NCBI RefSeq assembly: GCF_006345805.1
Contig: NC_043005.1
Coordinates: 5,084,001 to 5,148,000, forward strand
Reading direction: 5' to 3'
Origin: Octopus sinensis
Taxonomy: Eukaryota
DNA length: 64,000 nucleotides
The notes beneath the pieces were generated by a model. It was not told the DNA's origin, did no database searches, and saw only the letters and a program-made list of their open reading frames with translations. Position 1 is the stretch's first letter, and each line of letters begins with the position of its first letter. The position numbers and the translations under genes are program-made. Positions 63,801 to 64,000 of the stretch are shown here, in pieces.

Positions 63801-64000
63801 AGAAGAGCAGCTCCCAGTGACCCTTTTTTAGGCCTTCTGAGATTAGTGGAAGTGATTCTCAGAACAGAGACCTACCCTGAATGCATGCAACAGTGTATTC
63901 CACTAAAGTCACCTAAGGGCCAGCTATCTAAGGTATCTTATACACTTGGTCTTTGCATTCAGGCATCTTTAATGTGACCTGACCCCAACATTCTGTATTA

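Overview
Eukaryotic, AT-rich, repeat-saturated non-coding DNA. The SINE, LINE and microsatellite repertoire is most consistent with a coleoid cephalopod, probably Octopus (inference). I found no intact host protein-coding gene, rRNA, bona fide tRNA or CRISPR array. The window holds decayed RTE LINEs and their many 3' tails, CR1-clade LINE fragments, two RLE-clade (R4/Dong-like and HERO-like) fragments, five larger Tc1/mariner/maT relics, piggyBac-, hAT-, Merlin- and Helentron-type MITEs, several tRNA-derived SINE families, a 2.4-kb 69-bp satellite and many microsatellites. The most interesting signals are: (i) dispersed hammerhead-ribozyme motifs of the Penelope-associated type, one with an intact core at 7906-7964 (minus strand); (ii) a 69-bp satellite apparently born by fold-back at a SINE tail, each unit carrying an AG/6-nt/GT micro-exon-like signal; (iii) several long near-perfect hairpins; (iv) a CpG-retaining domain at about 19.8-29.9 kb between CpG-depleted flanks. 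Coordinates of degraded repeats are approximate and read by eye.
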